A stretch of 33,798 nucleotides of DNA from Pseudomonadota bacterium (GTDB lineage: Bacteria; Bdellovibrionota_B; Oligoflexia; Oligoflexales; CAIYRB01): positions 1 to 33,798 of the forward strand of contig JANOTL010000196.1 in NCBI GenBank assembly GCA_031416315.1, in the 5' to 3' direction. This document shows, piece after piece, positions 16,484 through 28,500 of this stretch (position 1 is its first letter; the number at the start of each line of letters is the position of its first letter). The notes under the pieces were generated by a model. The model was not told the DNA's origin. It searched no databases and saw only the letters and a list, made by a program, of their open reading frames with translations. Position numbers and translations under genes: made by a program.

Positions 16484-16532
16484 GGCTTCCGCAGCGCCAT
16501 CAATAACCTATTAAATTGATTCATATATTTTA

Positions 16533-16566
16533 GCGACGTTGGCCATTCGGCCGACGTCGCATTTTT
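16533..16566 (+). terminator. Probable rho-independent terminator
   Basis: GCGACGTTGGCC-ATTC-GGCCGACGTCGC hairpin followed by ATTTTT. Confidence 0.6.
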
Positions 16567-16688
16567 ACTACATGGGCAAGTTGGCGTAATGCCTCATGAA
16601 AAACTCGGGGCACGCGGAGTATTCGCGGGCCGTGAGCCGGATCGATACGGTCATTTAAACGTCATCGAGACATCGTCAGGAGTTCCCC

Positions 16689-18134
16689 ATGCGTAACATC
16701 TTCGCTCGCTCTTTCCTTGCGCTCGCGCTCGGCACCACGCTCAGCGCCACGGCCTTCGCCGCCTCGGAAGAGTTCCTGATCCGCTCGGACCTGGCAAACC
16801 CCTCCGTTCAAGACATCGAAGGCGTCCTCGGCGTCCCCGTCGCCAAGGTCGAGCTCGTGCAAGGCACGCTGTATAAGGTGACGATCGAGAAGTCCGAGCT
16901 GAAGGGCCTGGGCGCCCACCGCGACGTCGCCGACGCGCTGAAATCCCGCGTCGCCAACGAGCAGTCGGGCGCGGTCACCCGCATCCAACGCAACTTCAAG
17001 TATCGCATCACGATGGACAGCAACGCCTGGGCGAAGAAGCTCGCGCGTCTCGGGAACGTCACGCCACCCATGATGGCCGAAGACAATCCGGCCGTAGAGG
17101 CGCCGAGCACGAGCCCGGCGCGCGGCCCGGATCCGAAGATGTCCTCGCAGTGGGGCCTGACCAATAGCCGTACGACCGACGCGTGGGCCACCCAGCGCGG
17201 CGACCGTGAGTTCATCGTCGCGGTGATCGACACGGGCATCGACTACAACCACGAGGACCTGCGCTCCAACCTTTGGCGCAACGAGGGCGAGATCGCCGGC
17301 AACAACGTCGACGACGACGGCAACGGCTACGTCGACGACGTCGTCGGCTACGACTTCGCCAAGAAGGACGCGCTGCCGTACGACATGATGAGCTCGATGC
17401 GCATCGACGGCAACCCGGGCCACGGCACGCACTGCTCCGGCGTCGTCGCCGCCGCCGGCAACAACGCGCTCGGCATCTCCGGCGTGGCGCCGAACGTCCG
17501 CGTCATGGGCCTGCGCTTCATCACCGAGGCGGGCGAGGGCACGACGGCCGACGCCACCTTGGCGATCAACTACGCCGTGAAAATGGGCGCGAAAGTGCTG
17601 TCGAACTCTTGGGGCGGCGAAAAAGACGCCGAGGACGACACCGAGCTGAAGGCCGCGATCACGGCCGCCGGCGAAGCCAACGTGCTCCTGATCTTCGCCG
17701 CCGGCAACGGCCGCAACGGCGTCGGCTACGACAACGACTCCGACGCGAAGCCGATCGTGCCCTCGACTTACGATCACGCCAACATCGTCTCGGTCGCGGC
17801 GACCGACAACGCCAGCGCCCTCGGCGCCTTCTCCAACTGGGGCAAGACCACGGTGGACCTCGCGGCCCCGGGCGTCACGGTGATGAGCACGGTGCCGGAC
17901 AACGGCTACGAGGAGAAGATCTCGCTCTTCGGCTTCCCGATCGCGGACTGGAGCGGCACGTCGATGGCGACGCCGCACGTCGCGGGCGCCGCCGCGCTGA
18001 TTTGGAGCCAGCATCCGGAGCTCACGGCCTTGGAAGTCAAGGAGCGGCTCCTGAGCACGGTGACGCCGGTCGCGGCGCTTTCAGGCAAAGTGGTCTCCGG
18101 AGGAACGCTCAACGTCGAAGCGGCTCTGCGCTGA
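16689..18134 (+). CDS. Secreted S8 (subtilisin-like) serine protease
   Basis: AGGAG RBS; signal peptide; catalytic motifs VIDTG, GHGTHCSG, AAGN and SGTSMATPHVAG; Ca-binding loop NNVDDDGNGYVDD. Confidence 0.96.
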   Translation: MRNIFARSFLALALGTTLSATAFAASEEFLIRSDLANPSVQDIEGVLGVPVAKVELVQGTLYKVTIEKSELKGLGAHRDVADALKSRVANEQSGAVTRIQRNFKYRITMDSNAWAKKLARLGNVTPPMMAEDNPAVEAPSTSPARGPDPKMSSQWGLTNSRTTDAWATQRGDREFIVAVIDTGIDYNHEDLRSNLWRNEGEIAGNNVDDDGNGYVDDVVGYDFAKKDALPYDMMSSMRIDGNPGHGTHCSGVVAAAGNNALGISGVAPNVRVMGLRFITEAGEGTTADATLAINYAVKMGAKVLSNSWGGEKDAEDDTELKAAITAAGEANVLLIFAAGNGRNGVGYDNDSDAKPIVPSTYDHANIVSVAATDNASALGAFSNWGKTTVDLAAPGVTVMSTVPDNGYEEKISLFGFPIADWSGTSMATPHVAGAAALIWSQHPELTALEVKERLLSTVTPVAALSGKVVSGGTLNVEAALR

Positions 18135-18167
18135 TTCGAGGACGAGAGTTTTAGCCGGTGGTTACAA

Positions 18168-18195
18168 AGGGGGCTCAGGATGAGCCCCCTCTTTT
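18168..18195 (+). terminator. Rho-independent terminator
   Basis: AGGGGGCTCA-GGA-TGAGCCCCCT followed by CTTTT. Confidence 0.8.
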
Positions 18196-18272
18196 ATCTA
18201 GAGCGTAGTGCCCGCGGTCGCGCTCTGAGTCTAGAGCTCGAAGGATAGACACGCCATTTTCCGCATGTTTGA

Positions 18273-19271
18273 ATGAGACCTCTTCACGGAGGTCTACCCT
18301 TGCGCTTCGGTCTCATCCTGATCTCGCTCCTTCTCGTCGCCGCCACCCCCGAGCTTGAAAACCCGGACTACTGGTTCGACGCCCAGAAGAAAGACGGCCG
18401 CGAGATGAGCGGCATCGCCATGCTCGGGAAGGAGATGATCGTCGTCGCCGACGAGCCGGACGATCATTTTCTCTTCAAGGTCGTGCGCAAGAAGAAGGAC
18501 GGCCGCTTCAAGCTCGAGCCGATGCTCGACCTCGCCAAGCTCTCGGGTTGGAGCGCGGTCGTCGAGGCCATGAAAATGACGCTCGGCGTTCCGGAGAAAC
18601 ACCGCCGCCTCGACCTGGAGGGGATCGCCGCATGTCCAGGCGTCGTTTATCTCGCCAACGAGCGCACGCGTCAGGTGCTGGTCGTCGAGGAGCTGAAGCG
18701 CATCAAAGTAGCGCCGATCGACTTCCTCGCGGGCTTTCCTGAGCTCTTCGCCGGCGAGGCGAACGCCGGCTTCGAGGGCATCGCCGCCGACTGTGCCGGC
18801 GACGTGCTGTACGTGGCCAAGGAACGCGAGCCGCGAAAGATCCTCAAGGTCGACATCAAGACTTGGAAGCTCCTCGATGCGTTCGACGTTAAGCCCTCGG
18901 ACCGCGCCGGGCAAAAGGTGATTCATCCCTTCACCGGGGACGGGCTCCTCGACATCGGACCCGACTTCGCGGACCTCTATTTCGACGGTGGCTTCCTTTA
19001 TGCCCTCGAGCGCAACACGTTCGAAGTTGCGAAGATCGATCCGGTCAAGAAGGAGGTCGTCGCGCGCGTCTCCTACTACAAGACGGAAAAACCGCTGTAT
19101 GAGTCGCACGAGCCCTTTGGCCTCGCCGAAAAGCTTTGGATGAACTCGGGCGACCTGTGGATCGGGCTCGACAACAACGGGAGCCCGACGACGCACCGGG
19201 CGGGCAAGGAACGAAAGTACGAAGGCGAGGGCGGAGCGTTTCTGATCTTCAAGCGACCGAGCGGGTTCTAA
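18273..19271 (+). CDS. Exported beta-propeller of SdiA-regulated (YjiK-like)/phytase-like type
   Basis: Hydrophobic N-terminus; blade motifs EMSGIA, DLEGIA, NAGFEGIA, YVAKEREP and WIGLDNN. The start may be TTG 18300 (GGAGG upstream). Confidence 0.7.
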   Translation: MRPLHGGLPLRFGLILISLLLVAATPELENPDYWFDAQKKDGREMSGIAMLGKEMIVVADEPDDHFLFKVVRKKKDGRFKLEPMLDLAKLSGWSAVVEAMKMTLGVPEKHRRLDLEGIAACPGVVYLANERTRQVLVVEELKRIKVAPIDFLAGFPELFAGEANAGFEGIAADCAGDVLYVAKEREPRKILKVDIKTWKLLDAFDVKPSDRAGQKVIHPFTGDGLLDIGPDFADLYFDGGFLYALERNTFEVAKIDPVKKEVVARVSYYKTEKPLYESHEPFGLAEKLWMNSGDLWIGLDNNGSPTTHRAGKERKYEGEGGAFLIFKRPSGF

Positions 19272-19500
19272 GCCCGCCGCCCCGTTGCCTCCATTTATAC
19301 GTATTCGCCCTCACGCCCTAATCTGCTACGGCGCCGTCGCCACACCGTCCCCCCGGCCGACTCGATCATAAGCATCGAGAACGGCTGTTATTTTTTTGCG
19401 GCTTCACAATGCCCTAAAGAATTCCTTCAGCCCGACCGCAACAGGGAGTGTCGAGAAATTTACCCAAGCCCGTCCGAACCAGAACCGAGGCAATGGAACT

Positions 19501-22500
19501 ATGTTCCGCCAAACGACCAAAAGCCTGTCTCAACCGCGCAGTCGGTCGATCCTTAGTTGGCTGGTCCTTGCAGTCGTCCTGACCGCCTGCCAGAAAAAAA
19601 AGTCTGAAGAGGACGCCTCCGACCTGACCGGAGACGACGGGAACGTCAGATCCGTCATCGCGTCCGGCGCCAAGCAGCCGATCTCCGGCTCGCCCACCGT
19701 CACGATCATCACCGGAATCGACGGCGCGGGAACGGTCACCCTCGGCGGCGACGTCACCGCACCCGCTCCAGGTAGCGCCGGAGCCATCACCAGCAGCAAT
19801 GCAACCTACACGTCGCTGTCCCTCAGCTGGGCGGCCGCTGCCGACGATCGCGCCGCCCCGAATGAACTCGTATACCAAGTATATCGCTCGACCAGCGCGA
19901 ACATCGTGACGGTCGCCGACTGCGAGCGCAACGGCGAGAAGCTTCTCAGTGCTCCAGAAGTCGGAAAGAGCGCCCTCGATCTCACCGCCCTGGTGGCTGA
20001 GACCGATTACTATTTCAACGTCGTCGCCAAAGACCCAGCCGGCAACGCCGCAGCCTACGCCATGCTGAAGACGGGGACCAAGCGCGACACCATCGCACCA
20101 ACTGCCGGTGGCGCCGCCGGCTCCACGGCAAATACGACGATCAGCGCCACGCTCACTCCAACGACCGCGGCGCTCGCATGGACCAAGGCGACGGACGATC
20201 TATGGCCCGCCGCGTCATTGACCTATACCGTCTTTTACTCCACCTCCGCGCCGCTGACGACCGTCAGTGACATGGAGACGAACGGGACGTCGGCCGGGGT
20301 CGCCGTCGATGCGGCCGCCAATTTGCTCTCCGGCCTCGCTCCTTCGGGCACCTATTACGTCAACGTCCGCGTCACCGACTCCTCTGGAAACAAGTCCGCC
20401 TACGCGCCCTTGACCATTCAAATGCCTTCGATTCCGATCTCGGCCGTCAAGTCGACGGTGAGCATCGCCGGCGATGCGACGACCGTCGCGTCCGGCGTCG
20501 GCATCGCCGTCACCGTCCAAGCGAAGGACTCGACCGGGGCGAACGTCGTCACCGGCGGCGCCATCGTCGCCGTAACGATCAGCGGCGGCACGAGCACCTA
20601 CTCGGCTAGCTCCCCGATCGCCGCCGTCGACAACGGTAACGGGACGTACACGGCGACCCTCACCGGAGTCCTCGCCGGCACGGCCGCCACCGTCGGGGCG
20701 ACCATCAATGGCACTGCGACGACTTCCACGAAGACCTTGTCCGTCACGCCCGGAGCCATCGCCGCCTCGACCTCGGTCGTCTCAATCGTCGGCGCGGTGA
20801 GCACGGTGGCAAGCGGCACCAACGTCTCGGTCAAGCTCCAAGCGAAGGACGCTGCCGGCAACACGGTGACGAGCGGCGGCGCGAGCGTCACCTTCACCAA
20901 GTCGGGCGGGACGAGCACCTTCATTCAGAGTTTCCCGGTCACGGCGACCAACGTCGGCGACGGCACCTACACCGCTTCCCTCACCGGCAACGTCCCGGGG
21001 ACGGACGCGACCATCGGCGCCACGGTCGGCGGCGTCGCGACGACATCGACCGCGACCCTGCGCGTCGTCCCGGGCGCGATCGCCGCGAGCATGTCGACGG
21101 TCTCCATCGTCGGTGGCGCCACCTCCATCACGTCTTCGAGCTCGGCCGTGATCCGGCTGCAGGCGAAGGACGCCTTTGGCAACAACCTGACGACGGGCGG
21201 CGCGACGGTCAAGTTCACAAGAAGCGGTGGCGTCGCGACCTTCACTCAGGCTTTCCCAGTCACAGCGATTGACAACAACGACGGCACCTACTCGGCGACG
21301 CTGACCGGCAACCAAGCCGGTAGCGCTCCGACCTTAAGCGCCACGATCAATACGGCGGCCGTAAGCTCGACGACTAGCCTCAGCGTCACGCCCGGCGCGA
21401 TCTCGACAGCCACCTCAGTCGTCTCGATCGACAGCGGCGCGACCACCGTCAGCTCCGGGTCCACCGTGACCGTCAAACTGCAGGCGAAGGACGCCGCAGG
21501 CAACAATCTGCTGACTGGTCCTGGCGGCACGACCGTCAAATTCACCCAGACCGGCGGCGTCAGCACCTTCTCGGAGATTTTCCCGCTCACCGCCGTCGAC
21601 AACGGCAACGGCACTTACTCAGCCACCCTCACGGGCTATACCGCAGGTACGGCCAAGACTCTCGGCGCCACGATCAACACGACCGCGGTGACGTCGACCA
21701 CCAGCATGACGGTGCTCCCAGGAACGGCGACGGCCGCGAATTCCGTCCTCTCTATCGTCTCTGGAGCGACCACCGTCGCCTCGGGAAGTAACGTCACCCT
21801 GCAGCTCCAAGCAAAAGACGCTGCCGGTAACAGCCTGACGGCGAGCGCCGGCCTCGCGATCACGTTTACGCTCGGCGCCGGCGCCAGCACCTTCACTCAA
21901 GGGTTCCCGATCACTCCGACCAACAACAACAACGGCACTTACACCGCGACCCTTACGGGTAACCAGGTCGGCTCGGCGCGCACGTTTGGTGCGACGGTTG
22001 GCGGCACGGTTACGACGTCGACGACCAACATGCGCGTGATCCCCGGACCGATCAGCATGTCAAATTCCGTACTCTCGATCGTCGGAGGCGCCTCCAGCGT
22101 GGCCTCCGGAGGCACGGCGACGTTGAAGCTGCAGGCGAAAGATGCGGCCAACAACCTCTTAGACGCCGGGGGTCCCGTCGTCATCTTCACCAGTGCCGGC
22201 GGCGTCGCGACCTTCAACGAGTTGTTTCCGATCACGGCGACCGATAACACTGACGGAACCTACACTGCCACGCTGACGGGTAATCAGGCCGGCAGTGCCC
22301 CGACCTTAGCCGCCAAGATCGGCAGCACGGTCTTTACCTCGACGACCGGCCTCAGCGTCACGCCCGGCACGATCTCGACCGCGACCTCCGTCGTCTCGAT
22401 CGACGCGGGCGCGACGAGCGTCAGCTCGGGATCCACCGTCACCGTCAGGATGCAGGCGAAAGACGCCGCGGGTAACAATCTGCTGACAGGCCCTGGCGGG

Positions 22501-25500
22501 ACGACCGTCAAGTTCACCCAGACCGGCGGCTTGAGCACCTTCTCGGAGATCTTCCCGCTCACGGCCGTCGACAACGGTGACGGCACTTATTCGGCTACCC
22601 TCACGGGCTACACCTCGGGCACGGCCAAGACCCTCGGCGCCACGATCAACACGGCGCCGGTGACGTCGACCACGAACTTGATCGTCAACCCGGGCACGGC
22701 GACGGCCGCCAACTCCGTCGTCTCCATCGTCTCGGGCGCGACCACCGTGGCCTCGGGAAGTAGCGTCACCTTGCAGCTTCAGGCAAAGGACGCAGCCGGC
22801 AATAGCCTGACGGCAAGTAGCGGCCTACCGGTCTCCTTCACGCTCGGCGCCGGCGGCAGCACGTTTACTCAAGGTTTCCCGATCACGCCGACCAACAACA
22901 ACAACGGCACTTACACCGCGACCATTACGGGTAACCTCATCGGCTCGGCGCGCACCTTCGGCGCTACGGTCAACAGCACGGTGACGACCTCGACCACGAG
23001 CCTCACGGTCACGCCGGGCTCGATCAGCACGGCGACCTCCGTCCTCTCGATCGTCGGAGGCGCGGTAAGCATCGCCTCCGGCAGCAGCGCGACGTTGAAG
23101 TTGCAGGCAAAGGACGCCGCCGGCAACGACTTGGCCGCTGGCGGCGCCACGGTGAGTTTTACTGAAACGGGGGGCGTGAGCACCTTCACGCAGACCCTGC
23201 CTTTGACGCCGACCTACATCGGGGGCGGAGCTTACACCGCGACGCTCACCGGCTACACCTCCGGCAGCGCCAAGACGCTCGGCGCGACGATCGGCGGCTC
23301 CGCGATCACCTCGACCACCTCGCTCGCGGTAACGCCGGGTCCGATCTCGGCGGCTCAGTCTCAGGTCACAGCCGCCAGCAGCTCCGTCGCCGCGGGCAGC
23401 AACGTTCAAATTAAAGTCACCGCCTACGATGCCGCGAACAATCGCATCACCATCGGCGGTGAGACAATCAATTTCACCAGGACCGGGGGCACGTGCACGT
23501 TCACCCAAACGTTCGCGCTCGCAGCCGTCAATAACGGCGACGGAACCTACACCGCGAACCTCACCGGCAGCACGGCTGGATCGGCGGCCACCATCGGCGC
23601 CACATTCGGCGCAACGACCATTACCTCGACGACTTCTGTCGACGTGAACGCGAACGTCGGCGCCTCGATCACCGGCGAGCCGGTCGGCACCAACAACACC
23701 ACCGTCCTCGCCGTCACAGTCGCCGGCACCAGCGTCACCCAATTCAAATACAAGGTCGGGCTCACTGCCTCGACCACGTGCTCCGACTCGACCAGCTACA
23801 TCGGACCTACCGCTCTCGGCACGGCGCCGCACATCACGGACAACATCTCGGGCACCGGTGACGGACCGATGACGCTTTGCGTCGTCGGAGGCGACGCGTC
23901 CTCGAACTGGCAGACTTATGCCGCGGCGACGGTCGCCACTTGGACGAAAAAGGCGACGCGCCCGACGGCCACCCTGGCGACGTCAGCCCCCAACAAGTTC
24001 AACACGTCGTCGATTTCGTTCACTCTGACCTACAGCGACCCGGTCAGCGTCGTCGCCCTCTCCGACATCTCGGTCGGCAACGGCACGCCGAGCAACCTTA
24101 CAGGCTCGGGAGCGAATTACGCCTTCACCGTCACGCCGACCGCCGAAGGCAACGTCACGATCGACGTTCCTCAGAACGGCGCCGTGGACGTCGCGGGGAA
24201 CAACAACACCGCTGCCACTGGTTTCGTGCGCATTTATGACATCACAGCCCCCACGATCGCCCTAACCTCTTCGGGGTACCCAGCGACGAAGGTCTCGCCG
24301 ATTCCCGTGACGGTCACTTTCTCGGAAGACGTACTCGCTTCGTTTACGAGCAGTGACGTCAGCGTCGTCAATGGCTCGATCAGCAACTTCTTAGGCTCGG
24401 GAGCCAGCTACTCCTTCAACGTGACGCCGACCGGCCAAGGCACCGTCACCGTGGACGTCGGGGCGAATGCCGCGCTCGACGCAGCCAGTAACAACAATAC
24501 CGCAGCTCCGACGCTGTCGCTTACCTACGACACTGTCGCGCCGGGCGTCACGATCACCTCGAACAGTACCACTTCAACCACGAACGTGTCCCCCATTCCG
24601 GTCGCCGTGGCCTTCACGGAATCGGTCGGAGCGACCTTCACCAGCGGCGACGTCACGGTCGGCAACGGCACGATCAGCGCCTTCGCCGGCTCCGGCGCGA
24701 ACTACACTTTCAACGTGACGCCGTCCGGCCAAGGCGCCGTCACGGTCGCCATCGCCGCCGGCGTCGCGAGCGATGACGCCACCAACGGCAACACCGTCGC
24801 CACGACGCTGACGCGCACCTATGACACTACGGCCCCGACCGTCGCTCTCACCTCGGTCGGCAGCGGCCCGACCAACTCGAGCACGATCGCGATGACCGCG
24901 ACGTTCACGAAGTCCGTGACCGGCTTCGTCGACACCGACATCACGGTCGGCAACGGCACCGTCAGCGGCTTCTCCGGCTCGGGCACGACCTACACCTTCA
25001 ACGTCACCCCTTCGGCGCAAGGCGTCGTCACCATCGACGTCGGGTCCGCGGTCGCGGTCGACACCGCCGGCAACGGCAACACGGCAGCGACCCAGCACTC
25101 GCGCACGTACGACTCCCTCGCACCGACGGTCGTCATCGACTCGACGGCGGGACCCCAGACGAAAACGTCGCCCATTCCGATCACTGTATTGTTCAGCGAG
25201 TCGGTTGGCACCTCCTTCACCAGTGGCGACGTCACGATCGGCAACGGCACGATCATCAACTTCTCCGGCTCAGGAGCCAGCTACTCCTTCGGTGTGACGC
25301 CGACCGGCCAAGGCTCCGTCACGGTCGACATCGCCGCCGGACGCGCCACCGACGACGCCGGCAACGGCAACACCATCGCGTCGCAGATTGCGCGCACTTA
25401 TGACTCGCTCGCGCCGGGCGTCACGATCACCTCGAACAGTACCACTTCAACCACGAACGTGTCCCCCATTCCAGTCGCCGTAGCCTTCACGGAGTCGGTG

Positions 25501-28500
25501 GGGACGACCTTCACCAGCGGCGACGTCACCGTCGGCAACGGCACGATCAGCGCCTTCGCCGGCTCCGGCGCGAACTACACCTTCGACGTGACGCCGTCCG
25601 GCCAAGGCGCCGTCACGGTCGCCATCGCCGCCGGCGTCGCGAGCGATGACGCCACCAACGGCAACACCGTCGCCACGACGCTAACGCGCACCTATGACTC
25701 CACGGCCCCGACCGTAACCCTCAGCTCGGCGACGGCGCAGGCACCGCTCTTTACCAACACCTCACCCATTCCCGTGAGCGTGACCATCAGCGAGTCGGTC
25801 ACCACGTTCACGTCAGGAGACGTCACGGTCGGAAACGGCACGGTCAGCGGCTTTTCGGGCTCGGGGACGAGCTACTCCTTCAACGTCACGCCTTCCGGTC
25901 AAGGCAGTGTTACGGTCAACGTCAACGCCGGGACGGCTCCCGATGCCGCAGCGAACAACAACACGGCGGCGACGCAGCTGACTTTCACCTATGACAGCGT
26001 CGCGCCCGTCGTCAGCAGCGTGACGGCGACGAACGCCAGCGGCACTTACGGCTTGGGCCAGGTGATTTCGATTCAAGTGGTATTTGATTCGGCGGTCACG
26101 GTGACGGGCACTCCGACCTTGACCTTAAACACGACCCCTACAGCGCGTACGGCGACCTACGCCAGCGGATCCGGCACTTCGACGCTGGTCTTCTCCTACA
26201 CGACGCAAGCCGGTGATGGTACCGCCTCGAACCTCGACTACGCTACGACCTCGGCGCTCGCGCTTGCCGGCGGGACGATCCGGGACTCGGCCAGCAACAA
26301 TGCGACGCTGACGCTGCCGACCGTGGGAGGTACGTCCTCGCTCGCCGCCAAGTTGATCGTGATCAACACGACCTCGGCCTCGGTTCAGTCCGTCGATGCC
26401 ACGACGGCCAACGGCAGCTACACGACCGGATCCGTGATCGCGATTAGGGTCGTCTTTAACGACATCATGACCGTTACGGGTACGCCGACCCTAGCACTGA
26501 ACACCAGCCCGGCCCGCAGCGCGACGTTTGACGTCGCAAGCAACAATACGACCGACCTCATCTTCAACTACACAGTCCAGGCTGGAGACATCGCCGGTGA
26601 TCTAGGCTACAGCTCGGTCACAGCGCTGGCGCTTGCCGGCGGCACGATCTCGGACAGCACCCCTAACGCCGCCGTCCTAACCCTACCTGCCGATGGCTCT
26701 GGCCTTTCGCTGGCCGATAGCAAAGACATCATCATTGATACGACCGTGCCGACGGTCACGGGCGTGTCGTCAAACACGACCAACGGCTCTTACACGGTAG
26801 ACGTTCAGCTCGACGTGACGGTCTCTTTTGCCGAGCCGGTCTTCGTCACTGGAGCTCCCCGCATCCAGCTCAACGTCACCAACAATACGGCGACCACGCG
26901 CTACGCCACCTACGTCTCGGGCTCTGGCACCGGCGCGTTGGTCTTCAGCTATACGGTCCAAGGGCCAAACACCTCGCTCGGCGACCAAGCGAAGAGTCCG
27001 GAGCTTGATTACGCCTCGACTACCGCACTCGGCCTAAACGCCGGCACGATCAAAGACGCCGCCGGGAACAACGCGACTCTGACCCTCGCAGCCCCCGGCG
27101 CGGCGGGCTCGCTCGGCGCCAACAAGAACCTCATCATCGACTCCGGCTTGCCGCCGTCGCTTACGATCTCGGGCGTGACGTGCTGCTCGGTCAACTCCTT
27201 GAAAGCGAACGCGATCGAATTGAAGCTCAACTATCCGACCGACACCTCCGCGTTCAACAACGTCAAGATCCGCCGCGCGGCCGGCTCGACCCCGCCCTCG
27301 GCCACCGATTGCACGAGCCATACGGCCGTCGGCTCCCCGATTACGGTCTTCACGCCGAACCCCTCAACTTTGACGGCCGACGACGTCGGTGCTTACAACG
27401 GCGGCGGCGTCTACTCGTACCGAGCCTGTGCCTTCGACGCGAGCAACAACGTGATCGCAACGTCGACCGTCAGTGCGCTTACGGCATCGAACTTCCAATG
27501 GGCCATCGTGCGCAGCACGACCTCCAACGGTAACCTCACGAACGTCGCGACCGCGACCGCGAACTGCACCGGCACGAGCAGCGCCGGTTGGGCCGTCGAC
27601 AACTCCCTTGAATGGACGGCGCTCCTTTCCGATACGGCCATGGAAGCCGCCGGCCGCGTGCCGATCACCGGTTCAGTCTACAACCGCAATCCAGCTCCGG
27701 CCGTCGTCGCAACGAGTTACACGACGATGTGGGGCGGATCCGCGACCGCCATCACCTATGACGAAACGGGCGCGGCCAGCAGCGGCAACGCTTGGACTGG
27801 CTCGACCGCTGCCGGTGGACGCGACGCCAACCGATGCACCGACTGGAGCGTCACCACCGGAAACGGCATGGCGGGCGCCGTGACGACCTCCACGATGACC
27901 GGCACCACGACCAGTGGAAGCGTGACCGTCTCGGCGCTGTCTTCGACCTCGAGCTTGTCGGTTGGGTCGAGCGTGAGCGGCGCCGGCATCCCTGCAGGAA
28001 CGAAGATTGCTACGATTCCGAGCAGCACCACCATTACCTTGACCGTTGCGGCGACCGCATCCGCTACCGGCGTTTCACTGACGTTCGCCCCCATGTTCAG
28101 CGGCGCGTCCACGACCTGCACGTCCGCGCTACGCACGTACTGCGTCAGCAAGAACATCGAGCCGCTCACGGCCTTCTCCGTGGCCAAGCCGGGCAGCGGC
28201 GCCCAGGGCGACGTCGCCGTCACGGTCGACTTCCCGGCGACGACGACGAACTGGACGAAGCTCGAGATCCGGCGCAAGCTCGGCCCGACGCCGCCCGTTT
28301 CGGCCTGTAACACGGACACCTTGGTCAAGACCTACAACGGGCCGACGTTTACCGATGAGACCTTCACCGATGCGACGGCGAGGCCGGGGGCATACTACTC
28401 GTACATCGCCTGTCTCTACAAGGGCACGAGCGTCGTCGCGACAGTGACGTCGGCTGCGCCGGTCAGGACGTACCATGCCACGACTGCCAACACGATCTTC

